A stretch of 64,000 nucleotides of DNA from Laetmonice hystrix (Eukaryota): assembly GCA_965235115.1 (NCBI GenBank), contig OZ249451.1, positions 6,696,001 through 6,760,000 of the forward strand, in the 5' to 3' direction. Below the pieces are notes generated by a model. The model searched no databases, was not told the DNA's origin, and saw only the letters and a list, made by a program, of their open reading frames with translations. Position 1 is the first letter of the stretch. Each line of letters opens with the position of its first letter. This document shows positions 1 through 11,225 of the stretch, piece by piece. A program made the position numbers and the translations under genes.

Positions 1-799
1 GTTACGAATGAGGGGAGGGGGGGGGGGTCCCCTGCTCCATGCCTCTTAAACATGGAATGAAACACCACTACAGACCACCCTGGTGCTAACTGTATGTTTG
101 TGACATCGATCCTCAGCCTCTCAGTCCACCATTACTTGTTATCACTGCAGGTGGCGGAGAAAAACACGGCCGTCAAATCGGCCGGTTATAAATACTGGGG
201 CCTGTGGTGGCGCCACCATCGGCTTCAGTAGACATCACCGACAGGAAGCAATCGACAGGACCCGTGGCGCCACCTACACCGCCGGGAGGCCGGGGATTAT
301 CAAAATCCGACAACTGCCGAGTTTGTCTGTTATAATGATAACCACCCTCGATAACCTCCCCGCTTTAAATGCCCCCACCCCTTGTGATGATGGCGCTAGG
401 GTTATTACCACCGCTTTGAATGATGAAAGCAGGACCGTTCAATATTCCCAGTCGTGTAATTCCACCTCCCGACAGATCCAGAATCGGTGACGCTAACCCT
501 AGTGAAGCCACCAGGTTTCAAGCATACACCCGACCGTGCCAGCACCAGCCTGGCCTGGCTGGTGACCCAACGTGAGTGACCCTGGCTGTCAGGCAGGCAG
601 GCTGGCTGGCTGGCAGCATGATCAATGTCTGATCTAATATGCCCCCTCCCCGGTGGGTGTCCTCTCAGGTCCTCTGGCTAGCTCCAGCCTGGCCCCTAAC
701 CGTCTGTTCCTGTAGCCTGTAGCCCTCACCAGACTCAAGGCCCCGCAAACCTTGTAAAGGGCTCCTCCCCAAATCGCCCTCTGAGGTCTTGTTCAGTCA

Positions 800-2087
800 T
801 ACTGGAGGCAAGGCGTGCTTCCATCTTCCACGTACTCTTACTGACTACATGTCCTGATCAAAATATGATCGACATGAACAGCACCTTACTAACCGAGGTG
901 AACATGACCACTTCCCTCTTCCCAACCAAGTCCAACCACCGTGGTAACATAGGACCTATTGCCCAAACCCGGCCAAACGCCAATGTGGCTGCTGGAAGTT
1001 TGACTGCTGGAATATCCGGTGAAAATGACCGACTTTGCTGCAAAGATATTACAAACATCCTCACAGCTTTCTCTAGACCGCCCTGAACCTTCAACGATAA
1101 AACCTCTTAAAAAATTCTCTGGCAACCCTCCAGCAGACCACCAACCCTCCCTCCTTCACCTCCAGCTACAAGGTTATGGGAGCCCATTTCCCCATTCATT
1201 ACTCCCAGCTAAACTACCTTTATTGCTCCACTCCCCTTGCCTGACCTACATCAATTTTTACGGCCAACCAGAAGCCATCTCCTCAATGCATACAGTAACA
1301 TGGCCTTGGTAACTTACAGATATAAGCCATCGGGGACGAGCTACTGCTAACAGTCCCTCCATTAGCACTCATTAAATAACGATTAGGATTATTCAAATTA
1401 GAAGTCTCTCTGGGAATAATGGGAGAGAACTTGAGTCCCGCAACCTGCTGTTTACTGGGCCGTATTTAACACCGCCATTGTCTCCCCCTTGCGACTCATT
1501 ACCAAAGCGTACTGCATAGGGGAAATAATCTAAGTCTCCCGGTAAAAATGCCAGAATCTGGCCGGGTTCCCAGAGGCATAATAACAGCCCCATAAGACAG
1601 CATCGCAACATCATCAGATATGGGCTGATATACACCCCCCCTAAACTCACCAGTAATTTTGGGGGCTGAAATAGCCCCAAATAACATCACCCGTTTTGGG
1701 CTAAAATAGAGCGCGCAAACCTTGCAGGGACTAGTCCAGACAAGCAACCAAGGCCTTGTCGCAAGCTATACAAACCCACTCAGTCCGCCTTAAGTTGCGG
1801 TTCTCCACCACTAGTAACGAACTGAACCAACACTAATGTCCCTTTACAAACCTTTTCAACGTGAAGGACTGCCAGACTTAGAGACTTGGTCCGGCTGGAC
1901 ATGAACACATGTGGCACATACACACTGCCGGTACTGACAATTAAGACCTCTCTTGTCAAAGATCAGCGACCACAGAAAGCCGCTTTCATTCCACACCAGG
2001 CGGCGCCCCTCCATTAAAATCTCTTCATCAGACTGGATTTATCCATAATATAACATCATTACTGTAGCTAGCAAAAAAAAAAAAAAA
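800..2087 (+). mobile_element. Heavily decayed L1/Tx1-like LINE ORF2 3' portion with poly(A) tail
   Basis: Interrupted + frame translations loosely resemble L1 ORF2: RQG-like at ~805, WERT*..YW..F near 1420-1470, and QIWAD..FWG..ITSPVLG near 1610-1700. An A-run lies at ~2073-2087. Many stops and frameshifts; recognised by eye only. Confidence 0.3.
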
Positions 2088-2400
2088 TTATCCGATTTGA
2101 ACATGGTGTTGAAGGCGAGAGCAGATTAATGGTAAGTAAGGCGAGTTGTGGCAGCTGAGCTCAGTCCATTTCAGTACGTCATCCATTCACGTTGGCGCCC
2201 CTTAACTCGAGAGTGAATCCGAGCCCACCTTTATTAGTTATACCCGTCCCTGACGGCCACGGGTGATTGGTTGAAGAAGCCGCAATGTGCACCATTAATT
2301 CCACCATTAGTTTGCACTCAGCCTGCGACAATGCTGACGGTGAGGTGACGGTGGCCACCGATTTGTATTCATGGCAGCCGAGTTGAGCGAAGGCTGCAAG

Positions 2401-2414
2401 CCGTCAGGTGGCGC
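2401..2414 (+). promoter_or_regulatory. CTCF-like motif
   Basis: CCGTCAGGTGGCGC is close to the CTCF core CCASYAGRKGGCRS. Confidence 0.4.
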
Positions 2415-4899
2415 TGATGAAGGGGACATGGTGGGCCAGTAAACCACCTCCGGCTTGGTTTTCCTATCTCAGTAACACATTAGTGACAGTGCGGTAACGT
2501 CGGCCGCCTACTCTCTCCTAATCCGGCCTCCTCGGCCTGGTCCGCGCCCCGCCGACAGTTACACCGACCCGATCCCCTTCTGTCTCTGCCGTCCACGGGG
2601 GGCACCGAATTCAGCGCCACTCACGACATATTTCAATCCTCATTTTGCCTCCTATGTCCCACCAAATTCTAGGTTAGTCCAGACCGTGTGAGGAGCTCCA
2701 GGGAAGTGCCCCCCCCCCTCGTGATGGGTTGGGTTGACTTAATCGAAAGGCAGGAGGCTCACCTCCAAGCAACCCTTATACTTTACCCTCACCTCGGTCC
2801 ACCAATATACTGGGTTTGGCCTTGTTCACATCTATAACCATGCTGTGCCTCTGCCGACCTGTCCTGAGGCAAGCCATCAAGGATTCCACCTTGACGGAGT
2901 ACAAAGTGTCAGTACAGGTGTCCGGGCGGCCTCTTACCCCGGCCCAATCGCCATCAGTCCATGTAATAATGTCCATGAAATACCTCCAGTCCCGACCAAA
3001 TCACACCATATACATGCAGCTGTGTTCCTAATCTACCCACTAACACAGCCCCGCTGTTTACCAAGTGACCAAATCGAGCGGCCACGGCGACCGCCAACAA
3101 TGTCCCCCATGGCTCACTCTGGTAGCACAGGGTTCGGGGTGGATTGAAGGGGGTAGGCCACGAACCGCCTGTTGTCTAATTCCCTAGACAACAGATATCA
3201 ACCCCTAGACAATCAAATGTCTATCCCAGTAACTCCCTAAACAAATATCTCCGAATTTTGGTTTTGGTTTGGATAATGAGAACCACAGAACGTCTTCCAT
3301 ACAGGATTGTCGTATCTACTGCCGCCTTGACAAAGTCCCTAACCAGAGAGCCTCACTGCTTCATTGTTGGCTTGCTGTTAGCATGAAACACCAATTCAGG
3401 CTGTGATCTAGGAACAATAGCTATTTGTACACAACAGTTTCCGCCCAGTCGCGTGTGCTTTGTATGCAGTGAATAGCTCTTCTCTGTTTAATCGACTACA
3501 TGTACTTCATTGTGCACATAATTTGTGACGTCATGACACGGACAACTTCTATAATTAGTAACGTTTCCGTTTGTGATCACTCCCAGCCTGTACTACTCAA
3601 ACAAATCAAGACTGTCATCTAGCTGACATCAAGCCGGTTTTGAGTGAGGTACACATCCCAACTGGCCCTCAGCCCGAGCAAACCTCACGTGAGTCCTACG
3701 CTTTGTCTCCGTGTAACCAGACGAACACACAATACAAATCACTGAAAGCAATCCGTATTGTATATACTATAGTGACACACTATAGGTCAAAACACAGCCA
3801 AGCCCGCCACCATGAATATAAAAGGAATCATTCCGTTGCCAGCGCTACTCGAACACAAGTCTAGCCGCCAACACTGCACATTTTTGTGCACATCTTTGAC
3901 CTTTTACATCAGACTGCCATGTCTCAAACAGGGCAGACTAAGCGAGGGACTACTTTGCCCCAGCCGCGGGTCTCTAGCGCGGAGTGATCTATCCAATAAA
4001 TGTGAACGCGGAGGCGTGTAGTGCGGTGGGGGGTCTGTACTGATGGTTGACCGAAGATGTTCCTATGAAGTCCCTTACCCACGGACTACTCGGCCTTATC
4101 TTCTGTCCACAGGCACAGTCGCCAACCCCCAGCCTCCCCAACACCGCCGGTGGTAAGAATAGGAGCACAATGTCATTGTCTGACGAATTCCCCCTCCCCC
4201 TGGTTCACATAGAAACCACCACAATACACACTAACTTCCAGTTTCCTGCCCAACACTTGCCATCAGGTTGGTCGCTTAAGTCCATATTGCCAGTTAGACG
4301 AGCAATGTATCCAGGCGTTACACTTAACTTACATCATTCAACCTGCCAATACTGATAACAGTCACGTCAAGATACGTATTGGTGCAATTAATATTTCCAT
4401 TCTCCAGGGAAGATACGAACTGAAGACAACGACGCTGCATGGAGAGACCAGTATTTCGCTGCTATGGCAACACCTGTACACTCCGATAACGAACACAAAC
4501 GCCGAGTAGGCCAGCAGTTTTTACCTTCCATGCATTATTACTGTTATCAGCTCAGGCTAAATCTATACCCATTGTCAGCCTCCAACACTGGGCGCAAGAA
4601 ATACGCCGCAAAGCTCCATCAGAAATCCTCTATCAGGATATAGAGGGCGTCCTAAGTGCATATACCGTCAGCCTTCCATGCTGTCCCATAAGGGGTCTTT
4701 TCTCTGCCATTCAGTAACTCGACTAGAACTAGACAAATTTCTCAGAGGTTGCTGCTTGCAGAGAGTGGCTAATACAACTTGTTACTGCCTAGAACTGCTG
4801 CTGTACCTGATTAGTATCGAGGGTATGTTCCATAACACACTCGGGGCTAACACTGTGTCCAGACTACTGATGAGAACAGCACAGCCTGCAAATCTCTCT

Positions 4900-5750
4900 A
4901 ACTCAACACTGGGTCCTGCAGTGCCGACAAAAGCTTGACCTCAAGGCTGGGACTTGCAGAGTCACCCCTCAGCCTCAGGACAAGAGACCTGCAGAGACTG
5001 CACAAGTCACGTCTGTGAGTTTGTCCCGATATGTGGAGGCGGCATACAATGACCCGCACCGTCAGAATTGTTTGTAAGCCCCCAGGCTTCCTACAGCCAT
5101 CTCCCCATCCTATTACATTTCGCATACAAAGAAACATAAGGAAGACAGAGAGACCGCCCTAGCCAATTCAACTGTCGTCACTCTGACAACCTTCCCATTA
5201 CCTTTCTCGGATACAAGTCTTTCCTTGACAGAGAAGGTCACATTTCTCCCGTTCCTCATAAGGTGAGCCAATAACTTCTGGCTCTGTCACATTCTAAAAC
5301 ATCTCTGATATACACATTCTTCTCCTTAAAGCATTAAAAACTACGCTGCAATTTTACTCCTGAACTCAATTTTTAAAGTTCATAGTAGTACTTGGCTTTT
5401 TCTTTAAGAGTACGGCCTGCTATCATCCTCTATATGTACGTAATCGGTCACGGCATGCGACTCTTTCACAGTAGACTTTCATGAATACTGGATCTTTTGT
5501 GATGTTGACACACCAAAAACTCAATCACATCAACTCCTGATGTGACGCCTGCATTTACATTCTTCGGCAGTCACAGACTCCTTGGATCGATCTTTGCCAA
5601 TAGCCTCCCTGCCACTTCAGGAACTTCCATATTTCTGGAGGTTAGCAGTCGCATCTCGACCCCTCTCAATTCGAAGTCCTGCATTAAAACCACCTTCAAA
5701 CCACCGTGTTCTCGCTGTCCAATCTCTGGTTAACTTCATAGAAGCCACTA
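4900..5750 (-). pseudogene. Decayed coding-like sequence, probably a retroelement (Gypsy pol/integrase) or viral remnant
   Basis: Minus frames give protein-like stretches broken by stops. Examples: SHQ..LSFWCVNITKD..YCERVAC (integrase Zn-binding-like) and DPRSL*LP...CNRMGRWL*EAWG..MPPP in another frame. Confidence 0.2.
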
Positions 5751-6771
5751 TTTTCCATGACAACCAATCATTCAGATTTGCGTCATGACATGATAAAGAA
5801 TCGGCTAACAAAAGAAACGAGGGCGGATGTGAATTGAGAAAGGAAACGTGTTTTCAGGATGCCTTCCCATTATTAAACTTCTTTCTCTGTTCCAATTAAT
5901 TCGATTAACACACGAGGCTGCAGATGGTCACATCCCAATCATATCTGGCGGCTGCTCCGATGTCAACTCGGCTCAGCACGATAACAATCACGTAGATGGC
6001 ACTCAACAGGAACTTCCCGATTACCGTTGGGTCCAGAGTTAGCTCCTGCTGCATACTGATAATCAAATGTTGCGATTTTGTGGTGCCGTCACCATGACGG
6101 AAGGGGCCCTCGGCCGCCAACGATTGATCGGCACGTTTGTAGGCTGTCACGTGACAGAACCAACCAATCAAACCAGTCTATCTTCACCTTATCGTGACAA
6201 GTTGTAATGATCAAGCAATGATGAAGATTTTACAAAGAATGGTATACCAAAGCCGTACCGGGTATAAGGTTCCTATCCTGAACGACCTTTTCCCCATTAC
6301 TTATGACTTTAAGATCCATCATTTACTGGATTTGTTTCAACAACTACGTATTTAAGAATCAACTTTACTATATCTCATACAAATTAGGCAACTATTTTCT
6401 TTGTTTCTGTGTGTGGTCGTCAGTGTGTTGTAAAATGCTGCGTATAATACCAACATGCGAAGAGAAACACTTTCATTATGCATTGCTTCATAACACCACA
6501 CGTCAGCCATCATTTACCTCAGGAGAATGGCCCTGCATGTGGCTCACAACGGGGGATCCAGATCGTACAAAAATAGGAGTTGGTATTCAGGGGAGGGAGC
6601 GAACTGAACCGTGTCCCTACGGGCAACTCAACGTTGTCGGTTTGATTGTTGAGGTCAATAAAAACGTGCCACGTGAAGAGTCCAAGGGAATTTACTTGAC
6701 ACGCAACCAAACCTGGGCAAGCGTGATGACGATCAAAATACAGGATAAAAATAAACCGGAGTGGAGGCCAG

Positions 6772-6998
6772 GGGGGAGTATGCAGTGGGTCAGTGGTCTG
6801 TACCGGGGGGGGGGGAGTATGCAGTGGGTCAGTGGTCTGTACCGGGGGGGGGGGGTATGCAGTGGGTCACTGGTCTGTACCGGGGGGGGGGGGTATGCAG
6901 TGGGTCAGTGGTCTGTACCGGGGGGGGGGGGGAGTATGCAGTGGGTCAGTGGTCTGTACCGGGGGGGGGGTATGCAGTGGGTCACTGGTCTGTGCCGA
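6772..6998. repeat. G-rich minisatellite, ~38-42 bp unit, ~6 copies
   Basis: Repeats of G(n)-[A]GTATGCAGTGGGTCA[G/C]TGGTCTGTACC with variable G-run length. It explains the repetitive tails of ORFs 6303..7268, 6761..7063 and 6793..7083. Confidence 0.95.
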
Positions 6999-7689
6999 GG
7001 GGCTCTCACCTCTGGGTTCGACCACATCCGGCCCTATGCGAGTATATCCGTTACTTGCTGTAAGATCGGTGGTTTCCCCCTAGTACTCCCGTTCCCCCCA
7101 CTAGGTTCTGGTAAAGGCGCCAACCCCCCCCCCCCCCCCCCCACCAATCCTGTACTATGGTCTTTATCGCAGCGCTCCATCTTCAAAGTGCCTCAAAGCG
7201 TAATTACAGACGACTGGTCAGAGTGTGGTATCATGTTTTGCGGGCCAGCGAATCTCGTGTCGCCCTGACTGATTCCTGCCCCCAGGCTCGTGTCAAGGTT
7301 GATATGATGGACCCAGCCCTGGTTTTCAGACGGGGGGGGGGGGGATGCGCAGAGAGGAGGAACCATCCTCTTTCCCTCGTCCTCTCTCTACAACGGGAGC
7401 CATCCCAGCCCTGCCCCGTCCGCCTCTCCTTGCCCAGGTCTACCTGGACTACACCACGTTGTAAAGGATAAAGAGTTTAATGGTGATATTTTTATATTTT
7501 AAATTAAGTCAGGCCTTGAAGTGCCGATTAAAGTGCACCTCAATTTACGTCAGTCTCTCCCTTTTTTCTTCATCTTCCATTCCTTGGTGAAGACATGAGA
7601 CTGACAGTGATTGGCAGTGAAAGGGTGTAGGAGTTGGGGGGGGGGGGGCAAACAAAGATGTATCCTGAACGTTATGCAATGGGGCGAAC

Positions 7690-7870
7690 TCAAGTCGAGT
7701 GAGTTCTATCTTGTAAACATCATCAGACGTGCCTTATACAAACCGATCTCTCAGCATCGTTTCCAGTGCTATGAACTGAACGGAACCTTTCCTCTCTACC
7801 TTCAATCGCTACGTGTTCAGTACTTCCCACTCCTTCACGGCTCCACTCATACTGAAGTCGTCCACTGACT
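7690..7870 (+). mobile_element. L2/CR1-clade LINE RT C-terminal remnant
   Basis: The translation ...ELNGTFPLYLQSLRVQYFP resembles the L2 tail 'LNGxAPxYLxxLLxxYxP'. Confidence 0.35.
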
Positions 7871-9732
7871 GACGTCACATCACCATCCATCATTGGTGGA
7901 CGTGTCTGAGGTAATGACTACATTACTCTTCTCATCCATCTGGGTCTCAATTCATCGCAGTCAAACATCACGTATCTGGGTTAAACCACAAAGTCTTGAA
8001 TGAATATTCATTCTAGGTGTCATTTTTCCCAGTCTCTGCTGTGGTGTACTAGTTCCCTCATACAGAATCCTAAAAACTACGAGCATGCTCTCAAACCCGG
8101 CAAAGCAACCTTTCTTTTTAACATTTCTGCCGTTTTTTTTTTAGAATCTCATGTGATGAAGGTTGATCCCAAACCAAGCCAACATGTCAGATCCCGTTTC
8201 ACCTTTTAACATACAAAACGGCAGGCACAAACCGGGGTAATCACTACAGGGCATCTGGTGACTAGTTTTTTTCTTTTCGCTGCAGACATGCTGAAAAGGC
8301 AATTCCTAACACTTCCAAGATTCTACCTCACACCGGATATCGACTCCCGATTATATCTTCATCTACATGTGTCACAAACGTTCACCACGTGCCGTACGTC
8401 ACTCATTTTTTCATACCACTGGGTAGATGTTTTTTTATACCTCATTTTTACGGTGTCCATACCCCACATATCCCCGCTCGCCCTCCCAGTATAGCCCAGG
8501 AGGTATGCTGACGTGCATTATGATAGGGTTACCTGAACAACGCAATAAGATTAGGTTTTTGAACCAATAATCAGCTGTAGCCAAAGTGGAATTTTCTGTC
8601 TTCTGGCGGATCCAACATTTGGCATGCGCATTCTTCCGATCAATTTTTAATGTTCCGTTGAAAGCATTTGTTAAAATTCAACATCTCCATTCACTTTGTA
8701 AAAATCAATTGAAACCCGGTAATGCCGGTGGAACCCGCTTCCCTGTTGTACCTGTTGTTGCAACGGCCAGATTTTACAACCTGAATTTGCTCCTGCCGTA
8801 TTTGTCGCCATGCGACCTTACAACTTAGATCACCACATGGTGGATCGCGGCCTTTTAGCCAACCGCATTCCCACGCCAATTTTACTGTGCATCTACTAAT
8901 TCGTATAAATACCTAACAAGAACGTGAAAAGATATTCTCTTGTTCCACCTTCTGGCATGTTTCACACGGGTCAGCCTTTCACAAGCCCATCGTTCTCGTA
9001 AAGATCCCGGTCGAGTAATAACATTCAAAAAAAACAAAAAAAATGGCTGGCTTGGAAACATTTCAACTAGCATCCGCCAAAATCAATCTTCAGGTACTCC
9101 CTCCGCCTCGAAATGAAAAGAAAAAAATCCACGAACTCAATCAGATAGGGAAGCTTCGCTTTCAGGCTTTTCATTTCACAGTCTCCTCGTTTCCTTTGTT
9201 GTTTTTTTTTGTACATTCATGTCAGAAGATTTTCAGACCGCGCCCATTAAACAATAATAGAGTTGGTTTCCTGATGTACCACCTATAACTTCACATACAC
9301 AGACATTAACGTCTTACCGTTTTTACTACCTCACTACATTCAATCATATTACTTCACATTGAATGCGGTGTCCTACTTCAAACCAGGGTTATAGTTGGAA
9401 TGGATCTTTACCCGAATCCCTTCAAAATTTCACCTGTCCATTGATTCATCCCTGATGTTTCCTGTCCATTCATCTATTGATAAAAATAGCTCTGTCACCT
9501 GCAGACGAAAACTAGGTTGCACGGATTTTAGGGCGTTTCCCTTTGCTGACGGATTTTGAAACACTCCTGGGTCACCTTGGAGGAGACAAGTATCTGCTCA
9601 AATACGACAGATATGCACAAAAAAGGCTAAATTGCCTTATGGAACAGAAGACGTACATCAAAGGGCACAGCATAGAATGACATAGAATGTCTCCACAGTG
9701 ATCTGCAAGTCGGCTAGGGATGTCAACGTTAA

Positions 9733-9935
9733 AGGGGCCCCGCCAAATAAAAGCCACAAAATCGACCCCCTGTCATATTAAACAACCTAGATTTACCTGC
9801 AATCTCGTAATAAATTGGAAACAAAACAGCTGCGCATGTAGTTGTAGTACGGAACAGCGTGTGTATCATGTTACTTAGGATGAAAGGTACGTTTCATATT
9901 TGGGGGGGGGGGGGGGGGAATCGACGGTGTCCCTT
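9733..9935. mobile_element. Kolobok-type MITE with TTAA target-site duplication
   Basis: TTAA|AGGGGCCCCG ... CGGTGTCCCCT|TTAA. Short imperfect TIR with purine termini, and TTAA on both sides (9729-9732, 9936-9939). Confidence 0.55.
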
Positions 9936-11177
9936 TAATGGCATTTTGCGTACAACAGTTCAATACGTTCCCAGAACCAGGACTGGCATCCTCTCTGGTG
10001 TTCCCACCCAGGTGGTCCCGATAATCGTCCCATATCGACCTCCTTTATCGTATCAACCCACGTCCATGATTACTCATTTATCGCTCACGTCTGGCACCGG
10101 CCAGCCAACAGTTCACTCCTGGGAGGAGAGACTGTCATCCGTGAGTGACATCTTGTATTCTACTTAGTTATTATCATTCTCATCCCCTACACTGGGCTTC
10201 TATACGTGACAACTATGGTCAACTATAGACGTCCTCATCTCCACGTCTGCACCCTCTAGTTTCTTGTCTTTAAACAAAAAATCCGCATGGCAGGTCGGCG
10301 ATATCTGCTGCCTTGGCCGTCCGTATTCTGGACACGTTCAGGACCCAATCTTACCACTGCCAACTTCATCACGGTCTGTGGTCCTGCCCACTCCAGGCCC
10401 CCCATACACACAGTACACATCCCCCCTCCCAATCCCCCTCCACGCCAATGGTCGGGCACCCCTGATCTCTCCCATGTCACGTCATCACCAGTTTCTTGAT
10501 TCCGAGGTCCGTGTAGCACACTTACACTTAGCAGATCTTCCTAGCTTGCAGAGCCCACATCCCCTGGAGCTATTCTTGACATGCAATTTCAACTGCCTCC
10601 CTCCCGGCTGGACTTTCCTCGATTTTATTTGTGAACAGATCCACGCTCAGAGACGTCTTTCTTACTTTCCATGCACCCCATGTGTGTTCCGACCAATCTT
10701 CGCACACACACGGCATCAAAGAAACCACAACGATTCATATCCCCCTGGAAATATCTAGGGATTTACTTATTATAATAATCTCTAAAAAAATCTGTTCAAA
10801 GTAAATAAATTTCTTGACTATCTAAGCACATTGGTAACACGTAAAGTACTGCTACAATATTTGGTTTCCATCGCTAATGTATCAAAAGGCTCCAGAACCA
10901 AGTCCAATGTTTACACACACCACCTTTAGGTACAGGATGAGGTGTCGAATGTAGTTCTACCTAATCATCTGTTCCAGTAACATTTACTTTGCTGATGGAA
11001 TAAATAATATTTGATTAGGCAAAATCTTTTAGTCACTACTGTATAACACTGTGCGGAGTATCAACTGAAATGCAGAAATCATATTGGCTCACATATCAAA
11101 TTTACCATCAAACTTTAATACGATCCCTGAAAGATATTGAATAATTAACACTTCTAACTGGTGGAAGATGAAAACCA

Positions 11178-11217
<40 letters not shown>

Positions 11218-11225
11218 CGTCTGTC
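11178..11225. repeat. (TCTG)n microsatellite
   Basis: Read directly from the sequence. Confidence 0.95.

Noticed and set aside
2776-2976. DGDWAG (Copia RNase H-like) and MVID (aspartic protease-like) words
   Set aside because: These are isolated short matches without the surrounding conserved residues.
6303-7268. 321-aa ORF as a gene
   Set aside because: Its length comes from the G-rich minisatellite and a poly-C run. The unique part (GEWPCMWL...) has no recognisable domain and no consistent donor site.
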